Positions 44,375-52,904 are shown, counted from the first letter of the stretch. The stretch: DNA of 57,078 bases from Bdellovibrionota bacterium (GCA_036559405.1 DATBTF010000051.1:1-57078); one strand, 5' to 3'. Notes: generated by a model not told the origin, from the sequence alone. Translations and numbers: made by a program.

Positions 44375-44818
44375 ATGAAAAATCTATATTTAGTCGTTCT
44401 TGGTCTCCTGGCTACGGCTCCCGCTTTCGCCGCCACCTCTTACCCCATGCGCTGCCGTGGTGGTGCGCCGAGCACTTTCGGTTTCCAGCTGTATTCCACT
44501 GGAGAAACCCTGCTCAATGTGCGCTTCAAGCCGGGAACCAAACCGGCTGGCCAGGGCCTGAATCCCGGCGAATGCTCGTGGCTCGACCGCGGAATGCGCG
44601 CCGGTGAGCCCGCCCAGCTCTGCCAGAGCGTGAAGGACATGTTCCTCTCTACCTCCAGTACCTCGGTTCCCGGGATGGAAGGAATTCAGCTCCTGGTGAT
44701 GACACAATGGTCGAAGTCGGCCCCCTGGCTGGAGAAGATCCGCAATCCTGCGGCCTACATCGACGTCTACGTCTACAACGATGGCCGCAGCTGCATGGTC
44801 GTCACCAAAACGCTGTAA
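44375..44818 (+). CDS. secreted hypothetical protein
   Basis: Signal peptide MKNLYLVVLGLLATAPAFA; four Cys; no domain recognised. Confidence 0.6.
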   Translation: MKNLYLVVLGLLATAPAFAATSYPMRCRGGAPSTFGFQLYSTGETLLNVRFKPGTKPAGQGLNPGECSWLDRGMRAGEPAQLCQSVKDMFLSTSSTSVPGMEGIQLLVMTQWSKSAPWLEKIRNPAAYIDVYVYNDGRSCMVVTKTL

Positions 44819-44844
44819 GCGCGTCTCAGCTTTAAAAGAGATTT

Positions 44845-44875
44845 GGGCCCGCACCCGCGGGCCCTTTCTTTTTTT
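44845..44875 (+). terminator. rho-independent terminator
   Basis: GGGCCCGC-accc-GCGGGCCC followed by TTTCTTTTTTT. Confidence 0.85.
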
Positions 44876-44967
44876 CATAATCTAAGCATCTAATTTTCCT
44901 TACGAATTCGATCCTTGCCTGGCCCTTAAGTATTGATACACTGCGTCACCCTGATGCCGGAGGCCGC

Positions 44968-45186
44968 ATGGCTCCTAAGATGACGACGCTTCACACTTCA
45001 CCCCTTCTCAAGGCCGCCACTGCCGGCTTGCAGATCCTCTGCGAGTACAAAGTCACGCCTAAAGCCAGGCGGCTAAAGGCCCGCCTGGTGGCCGTGCGTG
45101 GCGGCACTCCCGTCTGCGAAACCAATCTGCCCGGCACAATCCAGGAAATGCTCGCGGACTACCGTTTGAGCGAGCCTAAACACTAG
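44968..45186 (+). CDS. small hypothetical protein (72 aa)
   Basis: ATG 4 nt after GGAGG. Candidate promoter TTGCCT-16-TACACT upstream. No homology recognised. Confidence 0.4.
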   Translation: MAPKMTTLHTSPLLKAATAGLQILCEYKVTPKARRLKARLVAVRGGTPVCETNLPGTIQEMLADYRLSEPKH

Positions 45187-45231
45187 AACAGACTGCGCTT
45201 TCCGCTCCCACACTCCAGCGTGTGGGCCTCA

Positions 45232-45245
45232 ATGACATCGCTCCC
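45232..45245 (+). repeat. exact copy of the TGACATCGCTCC motif
   Basis: ATGACATCGCTCCC, 31 nt upstream of ATG 45263. Confidence 0.8.
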
Positions 45246-45262
45246 AACACCGATACGGAAGC

Positions 45263-46759
45263 ATGCGGCTCCTGCCTCTCATTCTTGCTCTCTTTATGTT
45301 GTTCAGCGCAGCTGCGCACGCCAAAGGCGTAGTGCTGATGCTGAACATGAACTACTCGAGCGCCGAGCTGAAGGCCGTGGAAGAGCAGGCGGCGGCCCGC
45401 GGGCAGCGCGTGGAAATGGTTCCTCCCAAAGAAATGATCGCCGATGTCGAAACGCTGTTCGCCAAGCGCAACGCCCTTCAGGCAGAGCTCATCAAAGGTT
45501 TCCCCAACGAGACCAAGCCAAGAATCAATAGCGCGGTATCCGGCATCATGCGCAAGGGCTCCGCATGGGACGGCAGCGCCGAGCTCGTGGCGTCTTTGGG
45601 ATCCGAACGCATGGATGAGCTGGCCGAGCTCACCCATAAGGTGTTCGCGCAGGAAGAGCAGAAAGGCAGCCTCTACGACCAGCTCAGGCGCAAGGCCGCT
45701 GAACTCAAAGCCAAGGGCGACCGCGTGGATACCTTCGTGATCAGCTCGCATTCCGACGGCTCCAACCTTACCGGCGAGACCAATAACCGCCTTTCCGCCG
45801 ACGATCTCGCGCGCCTCAAGCACGAATCCCCGGAACTCTTCGATTCCCCCCGGCATGTGCTGCTGCTCGGCTGCTACAACCTCACCGCGCCCAACCACAA
45901 AGTGTGGCGCTACGATCTGTTCCCCGGAGCCAGCATGCTTGCCGGCTTCGGCCTGCGCGCGCCGAGCCGCCTTGACCCCACCTCCTCCGACTTCATCCGC
46001 CAGACCCTCAGCACCGGCCGGAAGCTCGACGGGGAAATGGCCAAGGCGGGCAGGCCGCTCGACCCGGCTTATGTGGATTCGGTTTTCAAGAGCCTCAAGA
46101 CCTTCACCACCAAAGACCATCCCGGCGTGGCGGATTACTGCTTCCAGATGGTGGAAGGCCAGCCGGACACCTTCACCCACGACTGCGACAAGCAGTGGGA
46201 AGATCTCTTTCTGCAGAAAAAAAAGCTCGAGGACTACTGGTCGCTGCGCGACCCCTACCGCGACCCGACCACCGACGGGGGCGGAAACCTGCGTGCCTTT
46301 TACAACGCGCTCCAGGGGGCCTGTCCCGCGGAAGACGCCAAAAGCCTGCCGCAGGAAGAAAAGAAACTGGCCGAACGTTTCCGCGTGACCATGCGTGAGC
46401 TGGTGATCCGCCTGATCTACTGGTGGAACGTGCAGCACAACTTCTCCACCTACTACGAGCGGGAGATCCGCGATATGAACGCCAGCCTCAATCATGAGGG
46501 AATCGGCGAAATGCCCAAGCTCGACGGCACCATGAGCCGCGTGGAGTTCGTAAATGCCTTCAACCAGGGCTACGATCTCCTGGGCAAAGCCAATCCCGGA
46601 CTGCAGAAAGAGTTCTACCGTTTGTACGCGCCGCTGTTTTTTCTCAAGGGAGAAGACACCGTGGCGCAGGGGGAAGCGATGGACGTCGAAAGCACGCTTT
46701 CCCGCAAGGCGATCCCCTTCCATTGGATCGAAGGCACCACCGTAGTGAGGAAACGATGA
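45263..46759 (+). CDS. secreted hypothetical protein with a possible clan-CD-like His/Cys dyad
   Basis: Signal peptide MRLLPLILALFMLFSAAAHA. VISSHSDG ... (about 40 aa) ... VLLLGCYN resembles the CHAT/caspase-fold His-Gly / x-Cys arrangement. Confidence 0.65.
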   Translation: MRLLPLILALFMLFSAAAHAKGVVLMLNMNYSSAELKAVEEQAAARGQRVEMVPPKEMIADVETLFAKRNALQAELIKGFPNETKPRINSAVSGIMRKGSAWDGSAELVASLGSERMDELAELTHKVFAQEEQKGSLYDQLRRKAAELKAKGDRVDTFVISSHSDGSNLTGETNNRLSADDLARLKHESPELFDSPRHVLLLGCYNLTAPNHKVWRYDLFPGASMLAGFGLRAPSRLDPTSSDFIRQTLSTGRKLDGEMAKAGRPLDPAYVDSVFKSLKTFTTKDHPGVADYCFQMVEGQPDTFTHDCDKQWEDLFLQKKKLEDYWSLRDPYRDPTTDGGGNLRAFYNALQGACPAEDAKSLPQEEKKLAERFRVTMRELVIRLIYWWNVQHNFSTYYEREIRDMNASLNHEGIGEMPKLDGTMSRVEFVNAFNQGYDLLGKANPGLQKEFYRLYAPLFFLKGEDTVAQGEAMDVESTLSRKAIPFHWIEGTTVVRKR

Positions 46760-47115
46760 GAAAATTTCTAGTCCTGCTGCTCTTGCCCTTACTTTCCATT
46801 GCAGAAGAGGGCCTTCAGGTAGAGGTGAATCCCAAGGTCTATGCTCCCAAAGATTTTCAGGGCAAAGGCGTGAAGACGGGGAAAATTCCGCCCCGTGTAA
46901 GGCGGGCCGATCGCATACCTGACAAGAGCAACCGCGAAGCCGCCTTCGCATGCGTGCCCGGCCTCACGGAAGATCTGGCTAAAATGGACGAGCTGGACCG
47001 CGACATATTCTATGTGCGGGCAAAGACGAAGGAACTCAAAGAACTCAAAACCCTCTATCCGTCGATTGGGGAGAAAAAGCTCGCGCTCTTACAGCAGAAG
47101 CTGAAAGAAAAATAA
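46756..47115 (+). CDS. secreted hypothetical protein
   Basis: ATGA overlap with the upstream gene. Signal peptide MRKFLVLLLLPLLSIA; Lys-rich helical C-terminus. Confidence 0.55.
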   Translation: MRKFLVLLLLPLLSIAEEGLQVEVNPKVYAPKDFQGKGVKTGKIPPRVRRADRIPDKSNREAAFACVPGLTEDLAKMDELDRDIFYVRAKTKELKELKTLYPSIGEKKLALLQQKLKEK

Positions 47116-47364
47116 AATTACGAACGCCCTCCCTATCTCCCGCATCCCATGTTACAAATATCAAACGCACTAAATTCCATCCCGCATGGGAAGAAAGGGG
47201 ACATTCATGATGAACATTTTCTCGAATGAACTTACCGCAAAGCGGGCCCTTTCTATCGTCGACGCGATCGATCGTTACCCGCGAAGCTGAAACCGCTTCC
47301 CACACACACAAATTTTTAATTTTCCGCCCCTTGTTCCTGGAACAAGAGCTTGTTTAGGTTTTTT

Positions 47365-50300
47365 ATGATGAATTTTTTCCGTCGGCTGATGTTCACCGAC
47401 GTCAAAAAAGTGGTTTTACTGGCACGGACCAAAATCCTGCAGCCGGAGGACATGCCTGCCCTCCCCCGCCTGATCGACCCGCGCCAGCTTCCGTTCGACG
47501 AGAACGCCCTGAACCTCTCCGGCTCGCGGCCGATGGTCTGGAGCATGCTCAAGAACGGGCAAGCGCTGGTGCTGCCCGCCTTCGGGCTGAACCTCGCCTA
47601 TTGCCTGCTGAGCCTGGTGAAACCGGTGCTGGTGAACTCCTTCATCGCGCGCCTGTCCACCGATCTCACCGTGCGGGCCAACCTCGGTGCAGCGATCGGC
47701 CTGGCGTGCGCCATGGGCGCCGTGGCTCTCACGGCAAGCCTTTGCGTCCAGCACTATTTCCTGCAGATTCTAAGTACCTATCAGGTGTTTACGAACGCCC
47801 TGAACCGGCTGATCTATAAGCACAGCCTCTTCCTCTCGCAGAAGGCGCGCGCGCAGACGCAGCTGGGTGATGTGGTGAACCATATGGGCACCGACTGCGA
47901 AGCCGCCAGCGACATCGGTCTCATCTTCGGGGATCTGCAGATCTCTTTCATCACCATCATCGGCGCCTGCTCGCTTTTGTTCTGGTATCTGGGGAGCACG
48001 GCCTTCGTTTCGCTCACGCTCCTACTGCTACTCGTCCCGATCACCAAGAATGTGGCACGCTCGTTCTCGAATCTCGATACCGAGCTGATGAAGCACCGTG
48101 ACCGGCGCGTGACGTTGATGTCGCAGGTGCTGAACGGCATCCGCGTGGTGAAATACTTCGCCTGGGAACGCAGCGTAAAGCGTGAGGTGGGAGAAGTGCG
48201 CTCGAACGAGCTACGCGCGCGCAAGCGGATGGCGCAGGCGGAGGCCTTCGCCACTCTGAGCTATGTCACGGTCTCCACCGTGGTGCTCTTCGCTTCGCTG
48301 GCCTTCCACGTATACCGTGGCTTTACGCTCACGCCGGCGCTCGCCTTCACCTGCGTATCGATCTTCGCGCTGCTCGAGGAGCCTTTCGGGCATCTTTCGG
48401 AATCGATTGCGAGGCTCGCCAACGCGTTCGTGGGCGCGGGCCGTATCTGCGACTTTCTGAGAAGAGAAAGGCTTCCCCAGGCCCTGGCGGAGGAGAGCGG
48501 GGAAAACGCACTGCCGGGAATCGAGCTTGAAGCCGTATCCGTTCAATTCGAGGGGCAGCCGCGCGCCACCCTGGAGAAAGTTTCGCTCAGCCTGCTGCCG
48601 GGCGAGAGCGTGGCCATCGTGGGGCCCGTAGGCGCGGGCAAGAGCACCGTGCTCCAGGCCCTGCTGCGTGAGCTGCCATTCCGTGAGGGCGGACTTTCCT
48701 ACCTCGACCTGCGCCGCAAGACCGTGGTGCCGCGGATCGCATACGTGCCCCAGGAGGCCTTCATCGTGAACGGCAGCCTGCGGGAGAACCTCGTGTTCGG
48801 AGGAGCCGAGAACGAGGAAAAGCTGGCCACGGCGCTACGTGTTTCGTGTCTGGAAGAAGATCTTCCCCAGCTGCCGGCCGGTCTCTTCACCGAAATCGGC
48901 GAGAAAGGCGTGAACCTTTCGGGCGGGCAAAAACAAAGGGTAAGCCTCGCCCGCGCAGTCATGCACGAGCCCACGCTGGTGTTGCTCGACGATCCGCTTT
49001 CAGCCGTGGACGCGCGCACCGAGGAGGAGCTCGCCGAGCGCCTGCTGTTCGGGCAGTGGAAAGGTATCACGCGGGTAGTAGTCACCCACCGCCTGGCCCA
49101 CCTCGCCCGCTTCGATAAGGTCGTATTTCTCGTGGAAGGCGCTATTCGCGGCATGGGCACGCTCGCGCATTTGCTCGAAACCCTGCCCGAGTTCCGCGCC
49201 TTCTACGCCGACTCGGCCAAAGCCGATCACGGCAGCTCGCTGATGGCGGCCGCTCCCAAGGAGTCTTCCGGAATTGTGCTCCAGCCCACCAGGAAAGACG
49301 AAGTGCGTGTGACACAAGACGAAGACCGCGCAATCGGTGCTGTGAAGGGCACCGTATACCTCGACTACGTGAAGGCGCTGGGAGGGCTCACGCCCTTTAG
49401 GCGCGCGGTTACCATCCCGTTGCTGATTGCCGCGACGATCTCGGCCTCGGCTCTTCCACTATTGCAGAAGGGCTGGCTCGCGCTCTCGTCCAACCTGCAG
49501 AGCGGAAAAATCGTGGGGAACGGCTTCCTGCATTCTCTGGCGGCGGGGACGAAGTCGTCGATCGTCGTCTATGGCCTGCTAGGCCTGCTCACAATCGCGG
49601 GAGTACTGGCAAGCCGGCTGCTCTGGCTCGAGCGTGGCATCGCCGCAGGCCGCGACCTGCACGACCTGATGCTGGGATCGATTCTGCGGGCGCCCCTCCG
49701 CTTTTTCGACTCCACCCCGATCGGCCGGGTGTTGCTGCGGTTTTCGCGCGACACCGAGGCAGTGGACATCCAGCTGCAGTGGAGCTTCGACAGTACCGTG
49801 CGTTGCCTGGTGAACATCGGGGTCGCGCTGACGCTCATCCTCGGCGTGCTGCCTCTGATGGCGGCAGTGGTGGTGCCCGTGCTCTGGCTCTACTATCTCG
49901 TGCAGCGGGATTACCGCATCCCCGCCCGCGAAGCCAAACGGCTCGACTCGATCAGCCGTTCGCCCCGCTTCGCCCACTTCAAGGAGACCCTCCAGGGGAT
50001 GGTGGTGATCCGCAGCTACGGGAAGACTTCCGTTTTTCTGGAAGGCTTTTTTGACCGCCTGGCGCATTCCCAACGGATGTTTCACGGCCACTATTTGCTG
50101 AATCGCTGGTTCTCGAGCCGCATCCCCGTGCTCGGCGCCATGGTCTCCACGGGCACCGCGCTCGGCGTGGTCTTTTATGCCTACCATGGCTGGATCAGCC
50201 CCGGAGTGGCCGGGCTCGTGATGGTTTACGCCCTCGCACTTTGGGAGTCGCTGAACTCCGCCGTGCGCGTGTTTGCTGACGTGGAAGCGCGCATGACGTC

Positions 50301-51096
50301 CGTGGAGCGCCTGAAGTACTACGGCTCGCTGGAATCGGAGGTGGAGATTTTCTCCACGCCGCCCGCCGATGTGGGACAGCAATGGCCCTCCCAGGGCGAG
50401 GTGGTATTCGACCGCGTGATCGCGCGCTATGCGCCTCACCTGCCTCCTGTACTAAAAGGAATTTCTTTCAGGGTTCCCGCCGGCTCGCGCGTGGGCGTGA
50501 TCGGGCGCACGGGCTCGGGCAAAAGCACGCTCCTGCAGTCGCTCTTTCGCTGCATGGAGCTCGAGAGCGGGGAGATCCGCATTGACGGGGTGAACATCGC
50601 CCAGGTGAGTCTGGAGCGGCTGAGGCGGAGCCTGGCCATCATTCCCCAGGATCCCACTCTGTTCCTCGGAACGCTGCGCTCGAACCTCGACCGCTATAGC
50701 GAGTATACCGACGAGGATGTCTGGGACGCACTTCGCAAGGCGAGGCTCGAGCCCTTCGTGCGCTCGCTCGCTGGCGGCCTGCAGGCCTCGGTGCAGGAAA
50801 ACGGCGGCAACTTCAGCCAGGGGCAGCGCCAGCTGCTCTGCCTGGCCCGCGCCCTGCTCGCGCAGGCCAAGGTGATCGTGATGGACGAGGCCACGGCCTC
50901 CGTGGACGTGCAGACCGACAGCCTGGTGCAGGAGGTGGTGCGCGAGAGCTGCAAGAATGTGACGATGCTGATCATCGCCCACCGCTTAGGCACGGTCGCG
51001 GACTGCGACATGATCTTCGAGGTGCGTGAGGGCAAACTCCACCGCTCCCTCGATCTCAAGAAAGCGGAAGAAAAATCGCCCGCCCTGCCGCAGTAG
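47365..51096 (+). CDS. full-length fused ABC exporter, ABCC (MRP)-like: TMD-NBD-TMD-NBD
   Basis: NBD1 GPVGAGKST / LSGGQKQRVSLARA / LVLLDDPLSAVD. NBD2 GRTGSGKSTL / FSQGQRQLLCLARA / VIVMDEATASVD. Two six-helix TMDs in a single ORF of about 1240 aa. Confidence 0.9.
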   Translation: MMNFFRRLMFTDVKKVVLLARTKILQPEDMPALPRLIDPRQLPFDENALNLSGSRPMVWSMLKNGQALVLPAFGLNLAYCLLSLVKPVLVNSFIARLSTDLTVRANLGAAIGLACAMGAVALTASLCVQHYFLQILSTYQVFTNALNRLIYKHSLFLSQKARAQTQLGDVVNHMGTDCEAASDIGLIFGDLQISFITIIGACSLLFWYLGSTAFVSLTLLLLLVPITKNVARSFSNLDTELMKHRDRRVTLMSQVLNGIRVVKYFAWERSVKREVGEVRSNELRARKRMAQAEAFATLSYVTVSTVVLFASLAFHVYRGFTLTPALAFTCVSIFALLEEPFGHLSESIARLANAFVGAGRICDFLRRERLPQALAEESGENALPGIELEAVSVQFEGQPRATLEKVSLSLLPGESVAIVGPVGAGKSTVLQALLRELPFREGGLSYLDLRRKTVVPRIAYVPQEAFIVNGSLRENLVFGGAENEEKLATALRVSCLEEDLPQLPAGLFTEIGEKGVNLSGGQKQRVSLARAVMHEPTLVLLDDPLSAVDARTEEELAERLLFGQWKGITRVVVTHRLAHLARFDKVVFLVEGAIRGMGTLAHLLETLPEFRAFYADSAKADHGSSLMAAAPKESSGIVLQPTRKDEVRVTQDEDRAIGAVKGTVYLDYVKALGGLTPFRRAVTIPLLIAATISASALPLLQKGWLALSSNLQSGKIVGNGFLHSLAAGTKSSIVVYGLLGLLTIAGVLASRLLWLERGIAAGRDLHDLMLGSILRAPLRFFDSTPIGRVLLRFSRDTEAVDIQLQWSFDSTVRCLVNIGVALTLILGVLPLMAAVVVPVLWLYYLVQRDYRIPAREAKRLDSISRSPRFAHFKETLQGMVVIRSYGKTSVFLEGFFDRLAHSQRMFHGHYLLNRWFSSRIPVLGAMVSTGTALGVVFYAYHGWISPGVAGLVMVYALALWESLNSAVRVFADVEARMTSVERLKYYGSLESEVEIFSTPPADVGQQWPSQGEVVFDRVIARYAPHLPPVLKGISFRVPAGSRVGVIGRTGSGKSTLLQSLFRCMELESGEIRIDGVNIAQVSLERLRRSLAIIPQDPTLFLGTLRSNLDRYSEYTDEDVWDALRKARLEPFVRSLAGGLQASVQENGGNFSQGQRQLLCLARALLAQAKVIVMDEATASVDVQTDSLVQEVVRESCKNVTMLIIAHRLGTVADCDMIFEVREGKLHRSLDLKKAEEKSPALPQ

Positions 51097-51138
51097 CGGA
51101 AGGCGGGCGTTCGTTCACCGGATCAGCCGGTGGAAAGA

Positions 51139-51927
51139 CTATTTGGCCGAACCGCCGGTAGGATACTGGGCGTCGCAGATCTTCGACTCATCGCCCTCTG
51201 CCTGTTCGGCATCCTTCTTACAGTGCTCTTCAGATTCCGTGCACGTGGTCTTGCAGTCGTCGATCTTTTTCTGGATCGGGATCCGGTCTGACGTGGTCAG
51301 CACAGGATGGATCGGATTGGAGGTCTCGCAGGTGAGATTGCACTGCCTGTCCTTCGTGGTGGTGCAGGTCGTCTGGGCGGATCTCCTGGTTCGCGCAGCC
51401 GTGGCCTTGCACTGCAGGTTCTCCGCTTTGTGGTCAGGCTCTTTGGGCTTCTCTTCCTTTTTCGGAGGAGGCGGGATCTGGGGAGGCGGCCCGCCGCCGC
51501 CTTCGCCCATTTTCTTTTTATTGTCGTCATTTTTGCCTTTTTGGTCGCCAAGAGCGCCCGCCGCGGCTGCGCATTGCTTCTGTTTCTCCGCCAGCGCCGT
51601 TTTATCTTTTTTAAACTGCTTCTGCTCTTTGCTGCAGTTGGGATCGCTATTGATGTCGCTTTCCATGCCGTTGTATTGGCCGTCGAATCCGCCGAGAGCC
51701 GCGGTACACTGGCCGGCTGCCGCCAAGCCAGAGGTGTTATTGCCGCTCGACATGCTCATATCGCCGGACTGATTGCCCGTGCCGCTTGTCTGCTGGCTCG
51801 GAGCCGGCGGTGCATAGCTGTTCATGCTCTTGCTGAGCTTGTTAAATTCTCCCGCCCGTGGACATCCCGCGGCGTAGGCCGAAGTCCCGTACAGCAGAAC
51901 CAAGGCAGTAAAAAGTAGCGTCTTCAT
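51139..51927 (-). CDS. secreted Cys-rich hypothetical protein with a Pro/Lys-rich centre
   Basis: Signal peptide MKTLLFTALVLLYGTSAYA. GGGGPPPQIPPPPKKEEKPKEP. C-terminal half has regularly spaced Cys (CKAT..C..C..C..C..C..C). Confidence 0.6.
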   Translation of the reverse strand: MKTLLFTALVLLYGTSAYAAGCPRAGEFNKLSKSMNSYAPPAPSQQTSGTGNQSGDMSMSSGNNTSGLAAAGQCTAALGGFDGQYNGMESDINSDPNCSKEQKQFKKDKTALAEKQKQCAAAAGALGDQKGKNDDNKKKMGEGGGGPPPQIPPPPKKEEKPKEPDHKAENLQCKATAARTRRSAQTTCTTTKDRQCNLTCETSNPIHPVLTTSDRIPIQKKIDDCKTTCTESEEHCKKDAEQAEGDESKICDAQYPTGGSAK

Positions 51928-52210
51928 TGGAACCCCCGAATTTCTCCCTATTTGCTTTATCGTACCTTAGCGCCCAAGCACTTGAACAGACTTTCCCTGT
52001 GCTATCGATAGCTTAGGGCCCAATCTAGTTGGGGAGCAGGGGCTGCCCGGTAAGAACCCCCATGAAAGACAATAACTTTTATTTTCCCGCCCTACACGGA
52101 GGCGTGAGGATTTCCGGGTAACCAGCCGATTTTATGGGCTTTATTCACTTTAGAGAAACTGTAGTGGGGACGATACAGTAGATAGGTATCGGAAATCAGG
52201 AGATCTGCTC

Positions 52211-52483
52211 GTGAAGAAGCTCACCCCACTCATCCTTCTTTTCACCATCATTTTCATCGGCGCCACTTCCTGCGGAGACGAGGACGATAAAGCCGAGGCG
52301 CTCGAGGAAGAGAACGAAGCTCTGCGCGCTTACCTCGCCAGCGGCGGTAACAAAAGCACCGTGACAAACGTGACGGTGACCACTACCGCCACCGCCGTAG
52401 TCAACATGACCAAGACCGTGACTAATACAGCGACGAAATCCTCGTCGAGTGCGACCAGCACGAATTCCGCGGCTCGCCAGTAG
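52211..52483 (+). CDS. small lipoprotein with acidic coiled-coil segment and Thr/Val-rich tail
   Basis: GTG start after AGGAG. MKKLTPLILLFTIIFIGATSC; EALEEENEALRAYL; TVTNVTVTTTATAVVNMTKTVTNTATKSSSSATST. Confidence 0.55.
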   Translation: MKKLTPLILLFTIIFIGATSCGDEDDKAEALEEENEALRAYLASGGNKSTVTNVTVTTTATAVVNMTKTVTNTATKSSSSATSTNSAARQ

Positions 52484-52498
52484 AAACGGGCAAAAAAC

Positions 52499-52529
52499 AA
52501 CCGCCGCGCGGGATGCCCGTGCGGCGGTT
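52499..52529 (-). terminator. 14-bp hairpin terminator between convergent genes
   Basis: AACCGCCGCGCGGG-atg-CCCGTGCGGCGGTT. On the minus strand it is followed by GTTTTTTG. Confidence 0.75.
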
Positions 52530-52550
52530 TCTAGTCAGCTCATCACTCTC

Positions 52551-52904
52551 TTAAGCGGCATTCGCCATCGGAGCGATATAGGCCACGCGAGCCTCCCGGC
52601 GGCGCGTGCGGCGCGCTCTGCGCACCGGGCTGCGGCGGGTGGCTTTTCTCACCGTGCTGCGGGCAGCGCGTTTCACGCCTCGGCCTGCACGCCTTACCGC
52701 CCTGCGTGCTCCACGCTTAACGCCGCGTGCGGCGCGCCTTGCGGGCCGTGCGGCACGCCTTTTTGTTCTTGAGACACGACGTCCTGCTGATCTGCGTATT
52801 GTACCCATAGTTCTTCTTCCTTCACTGTGCAAAACGCGCGGAATTGCTTCCAACGCTTGGTTGATGTTTCTGACGATCCTTTCAGTGATCGTTTGTTTCT
52901 TCAT
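52551..52904 (-). CDS. extremely Arg-rich basic protein (protamine/H1-like composition)
   Basis: ATG after AAGGGAGGAAAG. A helical N-terminus of about 30 aa, then RRSAGRRVSRTKRRAARPARRAARGVKRGARRAVRRAGRGVKRAARSTVRKATRRSPVRRARRTRRR. Confidence 0.65.
   Translation of the reverse strand: MKKQTITERIVRNINQALEAIPRVLHSEGRRTMGTIRRSAGRRVSRTKRRAARPARRAARGVKRGARRAVRRAGRGVKRAARSTVRKATRRSPVRRARRTRRREARVAYIAPMANAA

Noticed and set aside
45176-46951. 591-aa ORF on the - strand
   Set aside because: It is antisense to the secreted protein gene 45263..46759, whose product has a signal peptide and balanced composition. The minus-strand translation is G/V/H/R/L-rich and motif-free.
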